Source of the DNA: Phoronis australis
Taxonomy: Eukaryota > Animalia > Phoronida
Reading direction: 5' to 3'
Assembly (NCBI GenBank): GCA_002633005.1
Contig: NMRA01000044.1
Span: 654,074-718,073, forward strand
Length of the DNA stretch: 64,000 bases
The notes under the pieces were generated by a model. The model worked only from the letters and a program-made list of their open reading frames with translations, was not told the DNA's origin and did not search any database. A program made the translations under genes and the position numbers. Shown in pieces: positions 10,620 through 23,812 of the stretch. Every line of letters starts with the position of its first letter. The first letter of the stretch is position 1.

Positions 10620-12695
10620 AACTATTTCCGAATACGCCTAGATTGAGCTGGATTTGTGATGAGTGGGATTCAACATAGTTTTAATTGCAATCGATGACGG
10701 GAACTGTCTGACAAAGAAAACACGAATCGCGTACACGGCGAAGCTTAGGCAACACGTACCCCCTTGGTTGTCCGGTTAGGGGCTACAATACTTCCCATTA
10801 TTTTCTGTACGAATTTCGTCCCTTGTATCTTAAACGGGAGGTAGGCCAAATCTGGTCACCGATTAAGAGTTTTCACCTCGTCAAAAAAATACATTCCGCA
10901 CTTAAATCTATCGTTTAAACTTTCTTCAGTGGTCCTTTCTATTTCTATACATATCTTTGATGAAGCTTAGTTCCGAGAATTAAAGTGACTTTGGCGAAAC
11001 ATTCCAACTCCACTTTTTTGGTCATGGTTAACCTTTTCACCGCGCGTGATAACCATGAGTAGGTCAGTTGACGTCAAGCGAGTTAGGCAAAGGATTGCGC
11101 CAGACTGGGCAAAGCGTGTGACGCTGATGCGTGACACTTGCAAAATAGCATGGGAAGGTATCAGGTGAAATTTGTAAGATTTATATCCCTTGGAATTTTT
11201 ATTCCTCAACGTCCGCGATGTTACGTAACTTCCTCAAAATGGTACCCGGTAAGAGAAACTCGAGCAAAACGCGACAGATTTTCATCGATTTGTTCAAATT
11301 ATCTTGATTGAATTGTCTCCAGACTGTTGGTATGTGTTAATCACAACTCTAAGCGCATATTGCATGTTTCATTTAGTTGTATTTCCTGTATTTTGAAATT
11401 CATAATTTTTTGTGGAGATGTACTATCGCCCCTGTATGACTGCAGCACCCAGGGCGATGTAATTGCCGAGATGAAGCTGTGCTACTTAATTTGCTACGCT
11501 GACTATTCACACGCACGGATTACACCACCTTCGCGCCTTGGGGTCACTACAATGGCTGTAGTCCTCGACGCTTCACGTTTCAAAACAGCTCCTAGCAGGC
11601 GGGACGGAAGGAAAGCACCCACAGCATGACATTCTTCTTTAACAACCCATCAGGTTCATGTGGCAGCGTACTTACCCCTTCCGTTATCCGACGGTTAGAA
11701 ATATCTCTTGCGCACTATCATTTTACGCTGCTTTAGCCGTGCCAACGTCGGCCGGAGCCTTTTTATATCGGTCTCACGTTTTGGTGGGTTATTTCTCCAA
11801 TCATCATCAGGAGCTACATCGTTCTTAGAAGAACATGCCCTAGAATATGACACAGGCAGGGTGGTCATTTAGATCGTAATTTTTATGGTGCGTGATAGTG
11901 TTTGAGTTTAGGACCTTTCAGTTGTCAGTCTAGCACTCTAAGCAAAAGACCTCTGAGCGATCCAGTAAATTCCAGAACATTTCACTATACTTACGTCTCT
12001 CTTATTGCCTAAGGATGGCCAATGTCGCTTGGCTACTTGTTAGACTGACGGAAAATATTGTCATGTAGCTTCACGTCCGTAGCCTCCTTGGTATTTCTCA
12101 GCCTGTTTCACCGTCGAGTATCCAGATGTTGTCCCATTGGATGTGTTTTGTCGTTTGAGGGATACTGCTTCTCTACAGCATTTCTTGTGTTCAGCAATCC
12201 TGGTATACAATGTTTCACTGACATAGTATTCACTGAATTCTAAAGGACTTTAGTAGATGGCGTTCTTCTTTTCCATTTGTCTGCTGTTGATTAGACTTTC
12301 GTCAGTCGTCGACCCAGAGTTTCTGTTCTATAAGCGAAAAACTTTCTCAGCCAGTACCTCGCAAGTGCTTTGGGTCTACGGAACCTAGCCCTGATTACTA
12401 AGTGGACTGAAAGTCTTCGGAAAGATAAATACCAAGTTGGTTGTGGCAGTGTATCGTAGGTGACCTTGAAAACAGGCTTGAGTTCCGTAGAGGAGAGAAG
12501 CTCTCGAAAAGGCAAGAACACGCAACATTTCGTGTGATAACAAAATTTATTACCAGCGAAGCACGTGGTTCCACTAGCTTCCTTTTGAAATTTTTGCGTC
12601 TACGCAAGTACCCAGGGGTATGTTTCATGAAAAGTGATTTAAAGATTAGCACGATAGGAAAATAACACAATTTTAGTGGACGTGCAGCAAGTAGA
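10620..12695 (-). pseudogene. Very decayed non-LTR retrotransposon (APE endonuclease-like region plus possible ORF1); host site of BEL element 1
   Basis: Minus-strand fragments ISVTR...R...SGVGMF...SAECIFFDEV...AYLP resemble an APE endonuclease. Heavily disrupted; boundaries are approximate. Confidence 0.35.
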
Positions 12696-12700
12696 AAGCT

Positions 12701-13004
12701 TGTAAGATGCTTCACGTTTGTTTGCTCCGGGTGGCTCATGGTCAAGTGTATATTCGTGGCTGAATGGACTGAATGTAATTTGCATGTGACCTGACCCTCA
12801 TTTGAGTATTAAGTGTTGTGCGCTGACTCGATTTACTCACATTGTGGCAGTGCATATTTGGCGTCAGTGAGGAGAGCCAGGGAGCGGCAGTATTGAGAAC
12901 TGAAACAGAGAAGAACTGTGAGAATGTTAATTAGAAATGTTTCACGTCTCTCAATAAGGCAGTGTTAAAAGATATTAACTCCTCTTGACTTGCTAACACT
13001 CACA
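12701..13004 (+). repeat. 5' LTR of BEL element 1
   Basis: TGTAAG...CTCACA; a direct repeat of 23509-23812 with about 7 substitutions by eye. Followed by TTGGT (PBS-like). Confidence 0.95.
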
Positions 13005-13033
13005 TTGGTTCTCAATAAGCTCTTAACTGTGAG

Positions 13034-15133
13034 ATGGCTGAAGCCGAAAGAGAGAGTGTGATGTAGAGTGTGAAAAATGATCTGTTTGGGGACGAGGAAT
13101 CGTCAAAAAACATGAAGGAGGTCTACTCTAGGAAAGCACTTGCACAACTGAAATTAAAGCAAATGCAGCAGCTTAGTGAAATAGAGAGAGAGCCTGAAGC
13201 ACTGAAACAGTTGGAGGCAGAGTCTGAATGACGTAGGCGTGAGGAAATGCCTCGCATGGAAATGCAGGTTCAAGAAGCCACGTTAGCCGCCGATAATGAT
13301 GTCTCGCCAATGAATACTCCGTTTGCCGCTGGTGCTAAGCATACTAGCACTCACAGACCCCGTGCAGAGCCGAATGCTGGTGCAGCGCGGTTCCCTAGTT
13401 TCCCGCAAGAGGCGCCGCGGTCGTATTCTGGTTTACCGGAAGTTATGAAGCAGCTCGCGGAAACTTTGAAAGAAGGGTTTGAAATGCCGAAAAAAGAACT
13501 GCTTACATTTGATGGCAATCCAACTGAGTATTGGTCTTTTATTCGAAATTTCGAGGCTAATATTGAATCTAGAGTTATTGATAGTCAGTCTAAGCTAATG
13601 TATCTTTTGCAACAGTGTAAAGGGAAAGCTAAACAGTGTATTGAAAACTGCTCTATTTTTGGTAACTCAGAGCTAGCCTACAGAAAAGCAAAAGCGATGT
13701 TGTATGATAATTTTGGTCAAAAACATGTTATAGCTCATGCGTTTATTAAACAGGTGACCCAAGGTCCAGTCATTGATGGTTCTAACGGTGTGGCTCTCTC
13801 AGACTTAGCTGTGCTCATGAGGAGAGGCATGCTCACTCTGGGACAAATGCAAGCTAAGTGGGCAGAGCATACTAGTGGTATCATGGATAAACAAGGTGTA
13901 GAGCCAAAGTTCTAAGATTTAACTGATATCATTGAGTCAAAGGCTAGAGTAGCTAAAACTCTGTATGGACAGATTGTTGGTTCAAAATCTAAGTATAGAT
14001 CTGAAAAGCAAGTTGCTAAAACTCAGTCACGTGGTGATAAAGTGTCTTTTGCCACACAGTCACAGGGTAATGCTGTAGATAAGAAATTCTGTTCCTTGTG
14101 TAAGACAACCGATCATGATCTATTGACTTGTTCTAGGTTTGTTCATGACTCTCTTGAGGGTAGGAAGAAAACCATTCGTCAGGCAAGAAGATGTTTTGTT
14201 TGTCTGAAACAGGGTCACATCTCTAAGTATTGCAGAGTCAAGGTGGTTTGCAGTGTTGATGGTTGCGGTAAACGACATCACTCCTTGATGCATGATCCTG
14301 GTTTCACACGGACAGAACCTCCTGCTAACGAAAGTGTTTCAAATGCTGGAAGTAAGGCTACTGAGTGTAAGGTAGATGGTAATTCTAGTGCTTGTAACTC
14401 AGTTCGCAGTAGCTGTAATGTGAAACTCAAATGTTTACCAGTTGTTGTTAAGTCGAGAAAAAGTAAAAATGAAGTTCTAACATATGCTTTGTTGGATGAT
14501 GGATCAGATGTTTCTTTGTGTAGTCGTAAGTTAGTAGATCAGCTAGGAGTTGATGCTGTTCCAAAAGAATACACATTAACGACGGTTAATAATACTGTTA
14601 AGCGTAAAGGGTTTGAACTTAATCTGATCATTGGTTCAATAATTACTGATGATAGTTTAGTGGTAAACAATGTGCTTTCGATTGATAAGTTGACCATTTC
14701 TGATTCATGCATTCCTACTAGTGATGATGTGAAGGGCTTGAATCATCTTCATGGTGCTGAGATTCCTGAGTTGCCACAGTCTCGTCGTGAAATAGGTATT
14801 ATCATTGGTTCTGATGTACCAGAGGCACACTGGATTTTTGAGGAACGCAGAGGTAGACGTATGCAGCCATATGCAATTCGTACTCTACTTGGTTGGACAT
14901 TACTGGGACCGGTGAGGTCTGCGGGTAATCGCAGTGGGTTTCTTGCTAAGTATCTGAGTACGCAGAAAGATGATGTTTTGCAACGGTCAGTTAATAAGAT
15001 GTTTTCATATGAGTTTTGCAATTCTCATGATCCAAAGTCTGCGATGTCTATTGAAGATAAATCAGCATTGCGTAAGATAGAGAGTTCGATTTCTTTGGAT
15101 AATTCAGGTCATTATTCTGTTGCGTTACCTTGA
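13034..15133 (+). pseudogene. gag: BEL gag (DUF1759-like region, three Cys/His knuckles) and aspartic protease
   Basis: LLTFDGNPTEYWSF...KLMYLLQ; knuckles CSLC..H...C, CFVCLKQGHISKYC and CSVDGCGKRHHSLMH; protease ALLDDGS. In-frame stops, e.g. at 13913 and 15131. Confidence 0.92.
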
Positions 15134-17165
15134 AGGGATGAGAAACCAGATTTACCTAACAATAAGGAACTTGCCCAAGCAAGATTGCGTCTTTTGAAGA
15201 AAAGATTTCTTAAAGATAACTCGTTGTTTGAGATGTATAGGAAATCGGTTAATGACTATGTTGATAAAGGTCATGCAAAGGTCGTTTCAGAGAACGAAAG
15301 TGTTAATAGTGATTCAGAGCTCAGATGGTACCTACCCCATCATCCTGTTGTGACAGCTAAGAAACCTGTAAAGGTCAGGGTAGTATTTGATTGTTCAGCT
15401 AAGTATAAGGGTGTCTGTCTGAATGATGTATTATTACAGGGTCCAGATATGACTAATGACCTTGTGGGTGTTTTGATGCGTTTTACGCAGGATCATGTGG
15501 CTTTGGTTGCTGACATAGAGGCAATGTTTCATCAAGTTCGCGTGAGGACTGATGACTGTAATGCGTTACGCTTTTTGTGGTGGCCTAATGATGATTTGTC
15601 TCAAGATCCGGTAGACTACCAGATGTTAGTCCACATATTTGGTGCAACTTCTCCATGCGTTGCCAGCTATTGTGTTAAGCACACAGTTGAGGATTTCGGA
15701 GGCGAGTATGATGATTTGACATGCTCTACTGTTAGTAATAATTTCTATGTCGATGATTTGTTGAAATCTGTTGATTCGGAGTCTAGAGCTCTACAACTAA
15801 TTGAACAGCTGCGTGATATGATGTCGAGAGCTGAATTTCATCTCACTAAGTGGATTAGTAACAGTCGCAATGTTCTTGCTCACATTCCTGATAGTGAGAG
15901 GGCTCCGTCAGTTGTAGATTTAAATCTTGATAAATTGCCGATTGAATATGCTCTTGGTGTTCAGTGGAATGTTGATAGCGACACATTTAGTTTCCGTGTT
16001 GTAGAGAAGTCTATTCCTTCTACAAGAAGAGGTATCTTGTCAGTAGTAAGCTCTATGTATGATCCCCTAGGTATGGCTTCTCCATTCATTTTGCCGGGTA
16101 AACTGATTTTGCAGAAATTGTGCGTAATGAAACTCGGATGGGATGAATTGATACCTGACGATATGTTGTTGCAGTGGAGAGGTTGGTTAGACGGTTTTTC
16201 TAGGTTGAGTGTTATTGATGTTCCTCGCTGCTTTAAGCCTGTTGGATTTGGTGAGAGTTACTCTGTTCAATTACATTGCTTCTCAGATGCTTCGGAAGTA
16301 GGGTATGGCGTTGTGACTTACTTACGGTTGTTGGACGATTGTGGTAATGTTTTCTGTTCTATCGTCTTAGGAAAGTCGCGTGTTGCTCCTTCCAAAGGTT
16401 TGACTATCCCCAGGTTAGAATTATCTGCTGCGGCTTTAGCTGTGAAGATCTCTTGTTTTGTTAGAGATGAGATACAGTTTGAGATTGATGATATTGTCTT
16501 TTGGACTGATTCTACCATTGTGTTACAGTATATCAGAAATACGAAGTCTAGGTTTAAGGTCTTTGTTGCTAACCGTTTATCATTGATTCATGAGCATACT
16601 GAGGTTTCTCAGTGGAGACATGTTGGCAGTAGTTTGAATCCTGCAGACTACGCATCTCGTGGGTTAAAACTGTTTGGACAGGATAAGATTCAGCAGTGGT
16701 TGAGAGGACCAGACTTTTTGTGGCTTGATCCTAGTCGCTGGCCACTTACTCCAAGTGAACTGAGCGATATTCCGGAGAATGATCCAGAACTTAGGAAAGA
16801 GGTTAAAGTGTTTTCTACTGGTGTTGATTGTGCTGGTGATCATCCTCTAGATCGATTGTTTAAGCGTTATTCATCGTGGTACAAGCTGTTGAAAAGTGTT
16901 GCTTGGTTATTGCGTTTTAAGATGTATCTCCGCTGTACTGGTACCAAGGACAGTGTTTGTCCTTCTGGCTACCTTAAGGTTGCTGAAATCCGGATGGCTT
17001 CTGACATTATTGTTAAGCATGTACGATCACAGGTATTTTCTCAAGAGTTGTCTCAGTTGTTGGAGATTGAGTCTGTTGATGTTCAGCAACGGCAGGTTAA
17101 ACGATTGAACAAGCGTTTTGGTAGATCTAGTTCCCTGCGCAAACTGAATCCTATGTTGGTTGAAG
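15134..17165 (+). pseudogene. pol: BEL pol: reverse transcriptase and RNase H (Pao peptidase A17 region), 5' of the nested insertion
   Basis: YLPHHPV, KVRVVFD, ADIEAMFHQV, FYVDD, HCFSDAS, TIPRLEL, FWTDS and NPADYASRG. The last ~43 codons of the listed ORF read into the inserted element. Confidence 0.95.
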
Positions 17166-18983
17166 CAGGAAGAGATAACCAGGAAAGGACAACTGTTTTA
17201 GCGCATTTTAACGTGATTTTAAACGTGATTTCAAAAGTAAATGTTCACGTTATCTATAATCCAAGCATTATTTTTGAAAGATTAACTCCTTAGCTATAAA
17301 ATGACACCACTTTGGTCCTCAAAGACTGCATATTACTGGCACTGGGATGCTTTGAACGTGACATGTTTACCCTTCCAAAAGATGCTTCTTCCTATGCATG
17401 CACTCGGGCATGAGCCTCTTTTTTGAACCAACAGATGTCACTAACATATGCAAATGAGGCTCGCATCGCTACGTCATACGATGTCATACGGCGCGAGCTT
17501 CCAATTTGAAACGTCAGGTGCCTTTAGTGTATGACTTGAAACGCAGTAGTCTACTTGATCGGGTATATCCTAGTATGATTCCAAGTAAACTCACCCAAGT
17601 CAATGTTCAAAGAACATTGAGTATGGTTTCACATGAAAATACATTTAATTGTATTTGGATACGCTTGCGTGTGTGTATGCGTGGACTTTGTCATTTTGCT
17701 TAAATCCAGATTTAAAAGCAGAAATTCAGTAGCGTTAGCCCTAAGCCACGGTGGCCGGTGTCGTGGCGGTCCCCGGGAAGTCTGATCCATGCACGTGCAA
17801 TTCGATGAACTAATGCTAGTCGCTGGTCAGCTCCGCTACGATTCATTTGGGACGTGCGGCTTAGCTCGAACCTATGCCCGTGTTCTGGCTCCAAAGATCG
17901 TTTTTTGATCCCCAACGGTTTCGGGAAAAGTTCATTTTAATAGGGTCATTCCCTGAAGATTTTTTTGAAAGGTATGGTCCCCGAAGTCCTTGGCCTATAG
18001 AGCTCATCAAAATTCCTTGTTGAAACACGGCCACTTGTCCAGATTCTGCCGGGCGGCTGGGGAAAATGAACGTGTGTCCCAAAAATGTACACACTTCAAC
18101 GCCTGCACTTCAAGTTCATTTCTCGTCAATCACTGGCCGCGGATTCTACGCCGGTCTAATGCATGACTACACCTTATTTTTAACGTGGGTACGTAACTGA
18201 GTCATGACGTGCCCAGCCTGTGCAGTATGCACGGGAATGGCAAGCAAACGATTCGGTTTTGAAGAGCCACTAAAATTCATTGCACAATACTACTGTGACA
18301 AGGAAATGCAAAGACACCGCCTATAGACCATATGCAGCGTAGCACTAAAAAAAAGTGGGGCTATAGCCCTCCCCCCAGCGCCTTATGGTGCGCTGCCCAT
18401 TGACCAAACGGTCAATTCTCCCGAACCGCCCCACCGAGAGAGGATCCCGTCTAAAGTGGTATGATAGACTAAAAATCATTAAGCTTGGGAAAGAGTGACA
18501 GTTGATTCTTTCACACGTCGTGTAACCCAGCAAGAAATGACATTCCTCAATATGAAAGCCGCTTGTGCGATTTCACAAAAACAGGAAAATAGAAGTAATC
18601 ACTGAATTCCAACATTGGGCCCTCTATGCGTGAGCGGCCCTTTAATAATTTGTCAATAAAAACACGAAAAAGGTGGTTACTTAAATGTCACCAATGGCCC
18701 CCTTCAAGGACTGCTTAAAGGCGAAGGCAACCTTTTTCCATGTCATTTTGAGCTAAAATAAGGTTGGTTGGTTATCCTAGACATATTTTCCACTTAATTA
18801 CAGCTTTTCGTAATTTTATTAATTACTCATCCGCTACTCCGGAAGTGACGTTTTAGGACGCAAGCATTTCGCGACAATTTCTATTCATATAGTCTGACTG
18901 TGAGAGCTGACGAGTCAGTCATTGTTCTACCTCGGTTGTGTTGAGTTCCGTCGTCTTTTGCTTTCATTTACTAGTCAGTTAAC

Positions 18984-19770
18984 ATGCCACACTGTTGCTG
19001 CGTACCAGGATGTACTAATTATCGGCTCACGCGCGCTTTAGGGAGTACCTTTGCATCGCTTTCCGATGGATGACACACTTCGCCGTACTTGACTCGTTAG
19101 TGTGAAGAACGCAGCGTTACCCGTCCACGCAACGTACAAAGCAGTGGAGAATAACGTGTGTGTGGCAAGCACTTTCTGCCGTCCGATTACGAAAGGGATT
19201 TGTACGCTGAACTGATGAAGGTCCCTGCGAAACAATGCCTGAAGAAGGATGCCATTCCGTCTGTGTTGATTCCCGGCAGTGCCCCGTCGCCACCCCCGAG
19301 AAGTGCGTTTTTGAAGCGAGAAGCCTCGCGAGTTGTGGCCAGTACAGTGACTGGAGCCAGTGGAGGCACTTCATAAACTGTCACCCTGCCTCCGAACGTA
19401 CCCCCCGAGCGTGCAATTCCTGGAACCAGTAGTGATTCGCCCTGTGCTGTTTTCTCCAGCCCAGAGCCTCTAAGCAGCCCTGCAGCGATATTGAGTAGTG
19501 GGAGTGATTACAGGCTCAGTTCGACACCCAGTGAAGAGGATAGTTTGTCGTCCAGTGAACAGATCGGTGAGCCAAAGTTTATTGTGGACTTGTCTAAAGT
19601 GTTGGCGCTATTTAGAAGGTGTGTGGCGAGGGAGTCACACGACACGGTGTAAGCAGTTTGGGTGCTCAGGTCACCATCCAGTGGGAGTGTGTCGCGGGAC
19701 ACTCTGGCAAGTGGGACAGTTGTTCCTCTGTCCGTGGTATGCCGGAGGTCCACTTAACCATATCCAGTAG
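18984..19770 (+). pseudogene. Kolobok transposase N-terminus: THAP domain plus start of the Cys/His region
   Basis: MPHCCCVPGCTN...LHRFP...(W)L...VCGKHF...LKKDAIPSV, then KFIVDLSKVLALFRRC...VTIQWECVAGHSGKWDS. Frameshifted, and ends before any DDE core. Confidence 0.8.
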
Positions 19771-20083
19771 TGGCTTGGCCTCATCGAACTCTGAACAGCA
19801 CAAGCATTCCATTGAGGTAGGCATAACAACGCACACGGTGCATGTGCACCAAGATGTGTCACCACGTACGTCTGTCCTCAATAGCCGCCTCGTTTCTCTC
19901 AACAGCTACCTGTGCCTGTGCGTACTCTGCCTCGTTATACTCGGGCTCAAACATGTACCCACCCACTGAATGTCCTTGAAAAAAATCCTCGTCACCACTG
20001 CTGTGAACAAGGTCTCCGTCACTCACACTCCTGTCACTGTGATACGGGTCACCGACTCCAGCCACTTTCAGCTTACAACACAC
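19760..20083 (-). pseudogene. KolX-like second Kolobok gene, N-terminus (P2X7 C-terminal/nanor-like Cys cluster)
   Basis: GYMFEPEY...R.GDTSWCTCTVCVVMPTSMECLCCSE, with one frameshift near 19865. Confidence 0.75.
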
Positions 20084-22192
20084 TAAACAATCCCTAAATC
20101 CAACGTAGTTGAGTTCTCTACTAACCTATCTTGCCGCAGTGGAAAGTGGTGGCGACAATTGTTGAAAAACAGCACAAAACAAAAGTAGAATAGAACAGAT
20201 TCGCACGGTAAAGTCAACGCAAAACCAAGTGGCGGGAAACGCTTGCCTCCTAAAACGTCACTTCCGGAGTAGCGGACGAGTAATTTATAAAATTACGAAA
20301 AGCTGTAATTAAGTGGAAAATATGTCTAGGATAACCAACCAACCTTATTTTAGCTCAAAATGAAATGGAAAAAGGTTGCCTTCGCCTTTAAGTCAGTGAA
20401 CGGGAAAACGCTGTCATGCAGTGAAAATGGAAGGCAGCAGCAGGCCAGTGGGCGTGTGTGATAACTCGGATTTCTAGTCTCTTATTATGAAAACTATTGA
20501 AGGCAATTATCAGCACCTGCAAACAAGAATTTTGAAGTATGAAGAATTTCAACAGGAATTAGCTGTAGTCTTAGTCGTGAAGCTGCCGACATTCCAGCCA
20601 CGGCTATTGGTCCTTTGAAGCAAGTGCATGTACACGATTTTTGAAGAATGGCAAAGAAACGTTTTGTGTTGACGGAACTGTCCTTGGGGAGGAAATGAGG
20701 CATTTGATAATGAACAACTATTGTGGATTAATTTGGGATAACACCTAGCAAAACTAACTTCCAAGTATGCAATACTGTGGCGGAATTAAGAAATATAATT
20801 ATGACAGTGCTAACTGGAGCTGTGTGCGATTTTTGCCGAAATATCTAACGTTAGACTTACAGCAGGCCCGGGATATGCTTGAGAGCCACAAAGTGTGCTA
20901 AAATGGTAGAAAATTAGGCGTAACATTTCTATAGGAGATAAAAGGTTGATTACCGCAGAAGGCCGATGTCTTAAATGCCCAGAAAAAATTAGGAAGGCAA
21001 GGTGACTTGCCAAGAAAACGGCAGTCGGGGCACTCTAAAGGAAAGTACTTCAACCAATTCCAATTATCCGGTGCAACTTCTCTCACTCGACGGTGTTGTT
21101 TCACGACACCGCAACCTCCCAAAAAAACGAAACGCGGAGGGTGAGATATTACAGAGTACAACTAGCAATGATTTGACAGTTGAGCTTGAGAAAACCCAGT
21201 GTTGAGCTATCCTTTATTAAAGACGTTAAATTTTCCGTTGAGAATCTGACTGAAGTCATAGATGAATGCGACGGGAAGGATATCGAGGAGTACACGGAGA
21301 GAAAGGAAGCTTTAAAGATTGCTTTCTTTGAAGACCAGGAGCGAAACCGTGAATAATAAATTAATGAAAAATGCATGGTATAGACACAATTAGAAGCTTT
21401 CAAACTATTGCGTTTGTGTGCTGTCCATATTAATATTTATTCTTGGATACAGGTTCCCACCTCAAAATGAATTTCCCACGGTCGTTCTTTATGCCGATAG
21501 CAATTTTTTCGTCAACTGGATTAGAACAGGAATCATAGATCTCTCGCGCGCTCAGTCTATGGTTCTGACACTTCAAACTTTTGTCAACACGATAGCTAGC
21601 CTCAGAAAGTTCGATGTTGACCTAGTTCTAAACTTCTCTGCAACCCACTGTAAGGGGATGAAAACAATTCAAAGTCCGCTCCTTGAAATAGGGCTTGCTT
21701 AGCTGGAATTTAGAACTGCGGTCATGGGAGTGTTTTCACCTCCTGATGGCGAAGCGATCGAGTTAGCTGTGGTATCTTCATCAGCGCGTGATCTCAGCGG
21801 GAGGTCACCGCTTTATCCACTCAAGCGCTCGACAACAACTAAACTTACGAGAGTCTCAGAACTCCCACATGCAAATTTGATATGCAAATGAGGGAGTACT
21901 TGACTACTGCGCCATCTATACATCGACGGAAAAGCTTAAATACCCGTGACTGCGTGTGGGAAATTGCGATTGCGTGCGCTGAAGTCGACATTTTCAAAGT
22001 ACAATTACACCACTGTTTAAGGTTGCAAAGTGAGTTTTTTGATATCCTTCTATAGAAAAAGCTTTAATCTCTCTGATGAAATCATCTGTTTCCTTTTAAA
22101 CGAAACTTAAGTCCTAAAATTAGCCCGGGAAGGAGGCCAAAAACGGCGGTTTAGCTAGTTGTCCCTTCCTGGTTATCTCTTCCTGGTAGAAG

Positions 22193-23392
22193 GTATATCA
22201 CGTGTGGGTGGTTGTATTGAAAATGCTGATGTGTGTTTTGATGCTAGAAATCCTGTGAATTTGCCGAATAAGCATTATGTAACTGATCTTGTCATTTCCT
22301 TCTATCATGAACAGGAAGGTCATTCAGGAGTCAATATGGTTTTGGCTGCTATTAGGCAGAAATTTTGGATTTTGCAAGGCCGTTCTGCAGTTAAACGCGT
22401 TGTTGGCAAATGTTTTGATTGTCGCAAACGTAATGCACGTCCTGGTGAACAGATTATGGGTTCTTTGCCTAAGGATAGAGTGTTTAAGCCACCCTTTGCA
22501 TATATTGGTATAGACTATTTTGGTCCTTTTATGGTGAAGGTTGGAAGGGCTAGAGCTAAGCGTTTTGGTTGTATTTTCACTGATTTGAGTTTGAGAGCTG
22601 TGCATATTGAAGTTTGCTTTAGTTTGAGTATTGATTCCTTCTTGTGTTCACTGCCTATATTTATCAGTCGTAGTGGTTTGCCTGAGATTATCTACAGTGA
22701 TAAGGGTACCAATTTCAGAGGTGCAGATGCGGAGCTTAAGCGTGAGATTGCACTGATGAATTAGGATAAGGTGAATGATTATTTGTTAAAGCGTGCTATT
22801 CAGTGGAATTTCAATCCACCTGCAGCTAGTCATACAGGTGGAGTGTGGGAACGGATGATTTGTTCAATTCGTAAGATTTTGCGTGCTCTTATGAAGGAAC
22901 AGATTGTCAGTGATGAGTTACTGGTTACGTTTATGGCTGAGGTTGAGAAGATTCTCAACGATCGTCCATTAACTGTTATTAGTGATGATCTTAATGAACC
23001 TGAGGTATTGACACCTAACAAGTTGATTTTGCAACGATTGAACTGTTGTAAACCTTTGTCGATTCCGAGTAGTATGAATTATGCTCAAAAGCAATGGCGT
23101 CAAGTTCAATGTCTTGCGAATTCCTTTTTGGAAACGATGGATTCGTGAGTATTTGCCCTCTATGCAGGAACGTCAAAAATGGTTATCTCCTCGTGCTAAT
23201 ATTGCTGAGGGTGATATTGTTCTGATTGTTGACGATAATGTCTCGCGTGGTAACTGGCCCATGGGTGTTGTTGAAGAAACATTCCCTGATGTTCATGGTC
23301 AGAATCGTAAAGTTAGAATTAGAACAAGTAAGGGTTCTTTTCTGAGAGACATTCGTAAGGTTTGTTTGTTGGACAGGAAGTCTGATATTTGA
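22193..23392 (+). pseudogene. pol: BEL integrase and C-terminal DUF5641-like region
   Basis: YHEQEGHSG...C..C, GIDYFGP, YSDKGTNF, GGVWERM, LNDRPL, FWKRWIREYL and WPMGVV. Stop at 22762 and a frameshift at ~23125. Confidence 0.95.
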
Positions 23393-23508
23393 AGTGTACA
23401 ATGTATATTGAGTTACTGGAGTTAAAGTAGTTAAGTAGTTTTGTAACAGTATGATTTGTATTTGGTGTTTATTTTTGTAAAAGACTTGGGTCAGTCTTTG
23501 GGGGCCGG

Positions 23509-23812
23509 TGTAAGATGCTTCACGTTTGTTTGCTCCGGGTGGCTCATGGTCACGTGTATATTCATGGCTGAATGGACTGAATGTAATTTGCATGTGACCT
23601 GACCCTCATTTGAGTATGAAGTGTTGTGCGCTGACTCGATTTACTCACATTGTGGCAGTGCATATTTGGCGTCAGTGAGGAGAGCCAGGGAGCGGCAGTA
23701 TTGAGAACTCAAACAGAGAAGAACTGTGAGAATGTCAATTAGAAATGTTTCACGTCTCTCAATAAGGCAGTGTTAAAAGATATTAACTCCTCTTGACTTG
23801 CCAACACTCACG
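23509..23812 (+). repeat. 3' LTR of BEL element 1
   Basis: Direct repeat of 12701-13004, with terminal CA changed to CG. Preceded by a G-rich PPT-like tract. Confidence 0.95.

Larger units (their letters stand above)
18719..20387 (+). mobile_element. Kolobok DNA transposon, internal-deletion derivative, nested in the P-like element
   Basis: ~150-bp near-perfect TIRs beginning AGGCGAAGGCAACC, TTAA TSD (18715-18718, 20388-20391), and two convergent coding remnants. Confidence 0.9.
17166..22185. mobile_element. P-superfamily-like TIR element, no recognisable transposase, nested in BEL pol
   Basis: 29-bp TIR CAGGAAGAGATAACCAGGAA(A/G)GGACAACT at 17166-17194 and 22157-22185. 7-bp TSD GTTGAAG/GTAGAAG with one mismatch. 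Removing it restores LNPMLVE-GISRVGG in frame. Confidence 0.85.
12701..23812 (+). mobile_element. Full-length BEL/Pao LTR retrotransposon 1 (inactive; carries a nested 5-kb insertion)
   Basis: Two 304-bp LTRs, a 5-bp TSD AAGCT (12696-12700, 23813-23817), and gag-PR-RT-RH-IN domain order. Confidence 0.97.

Noticed and set aside
17166-17293. Novel C-terminal extension of the 702-aa pol ORF (and novel N-terminus of ORF 22159-22764)
   Set aside because: Both are read-through into the TIRs of the nested element.
18420-18485. Short similarity to ~25948-26010 (GAACCGCC...CCGAGAGAG.ATC.CGTCT.AA)
   Set aside because: Probably fragments of a common dispersed repeat; too short to define or interpret.
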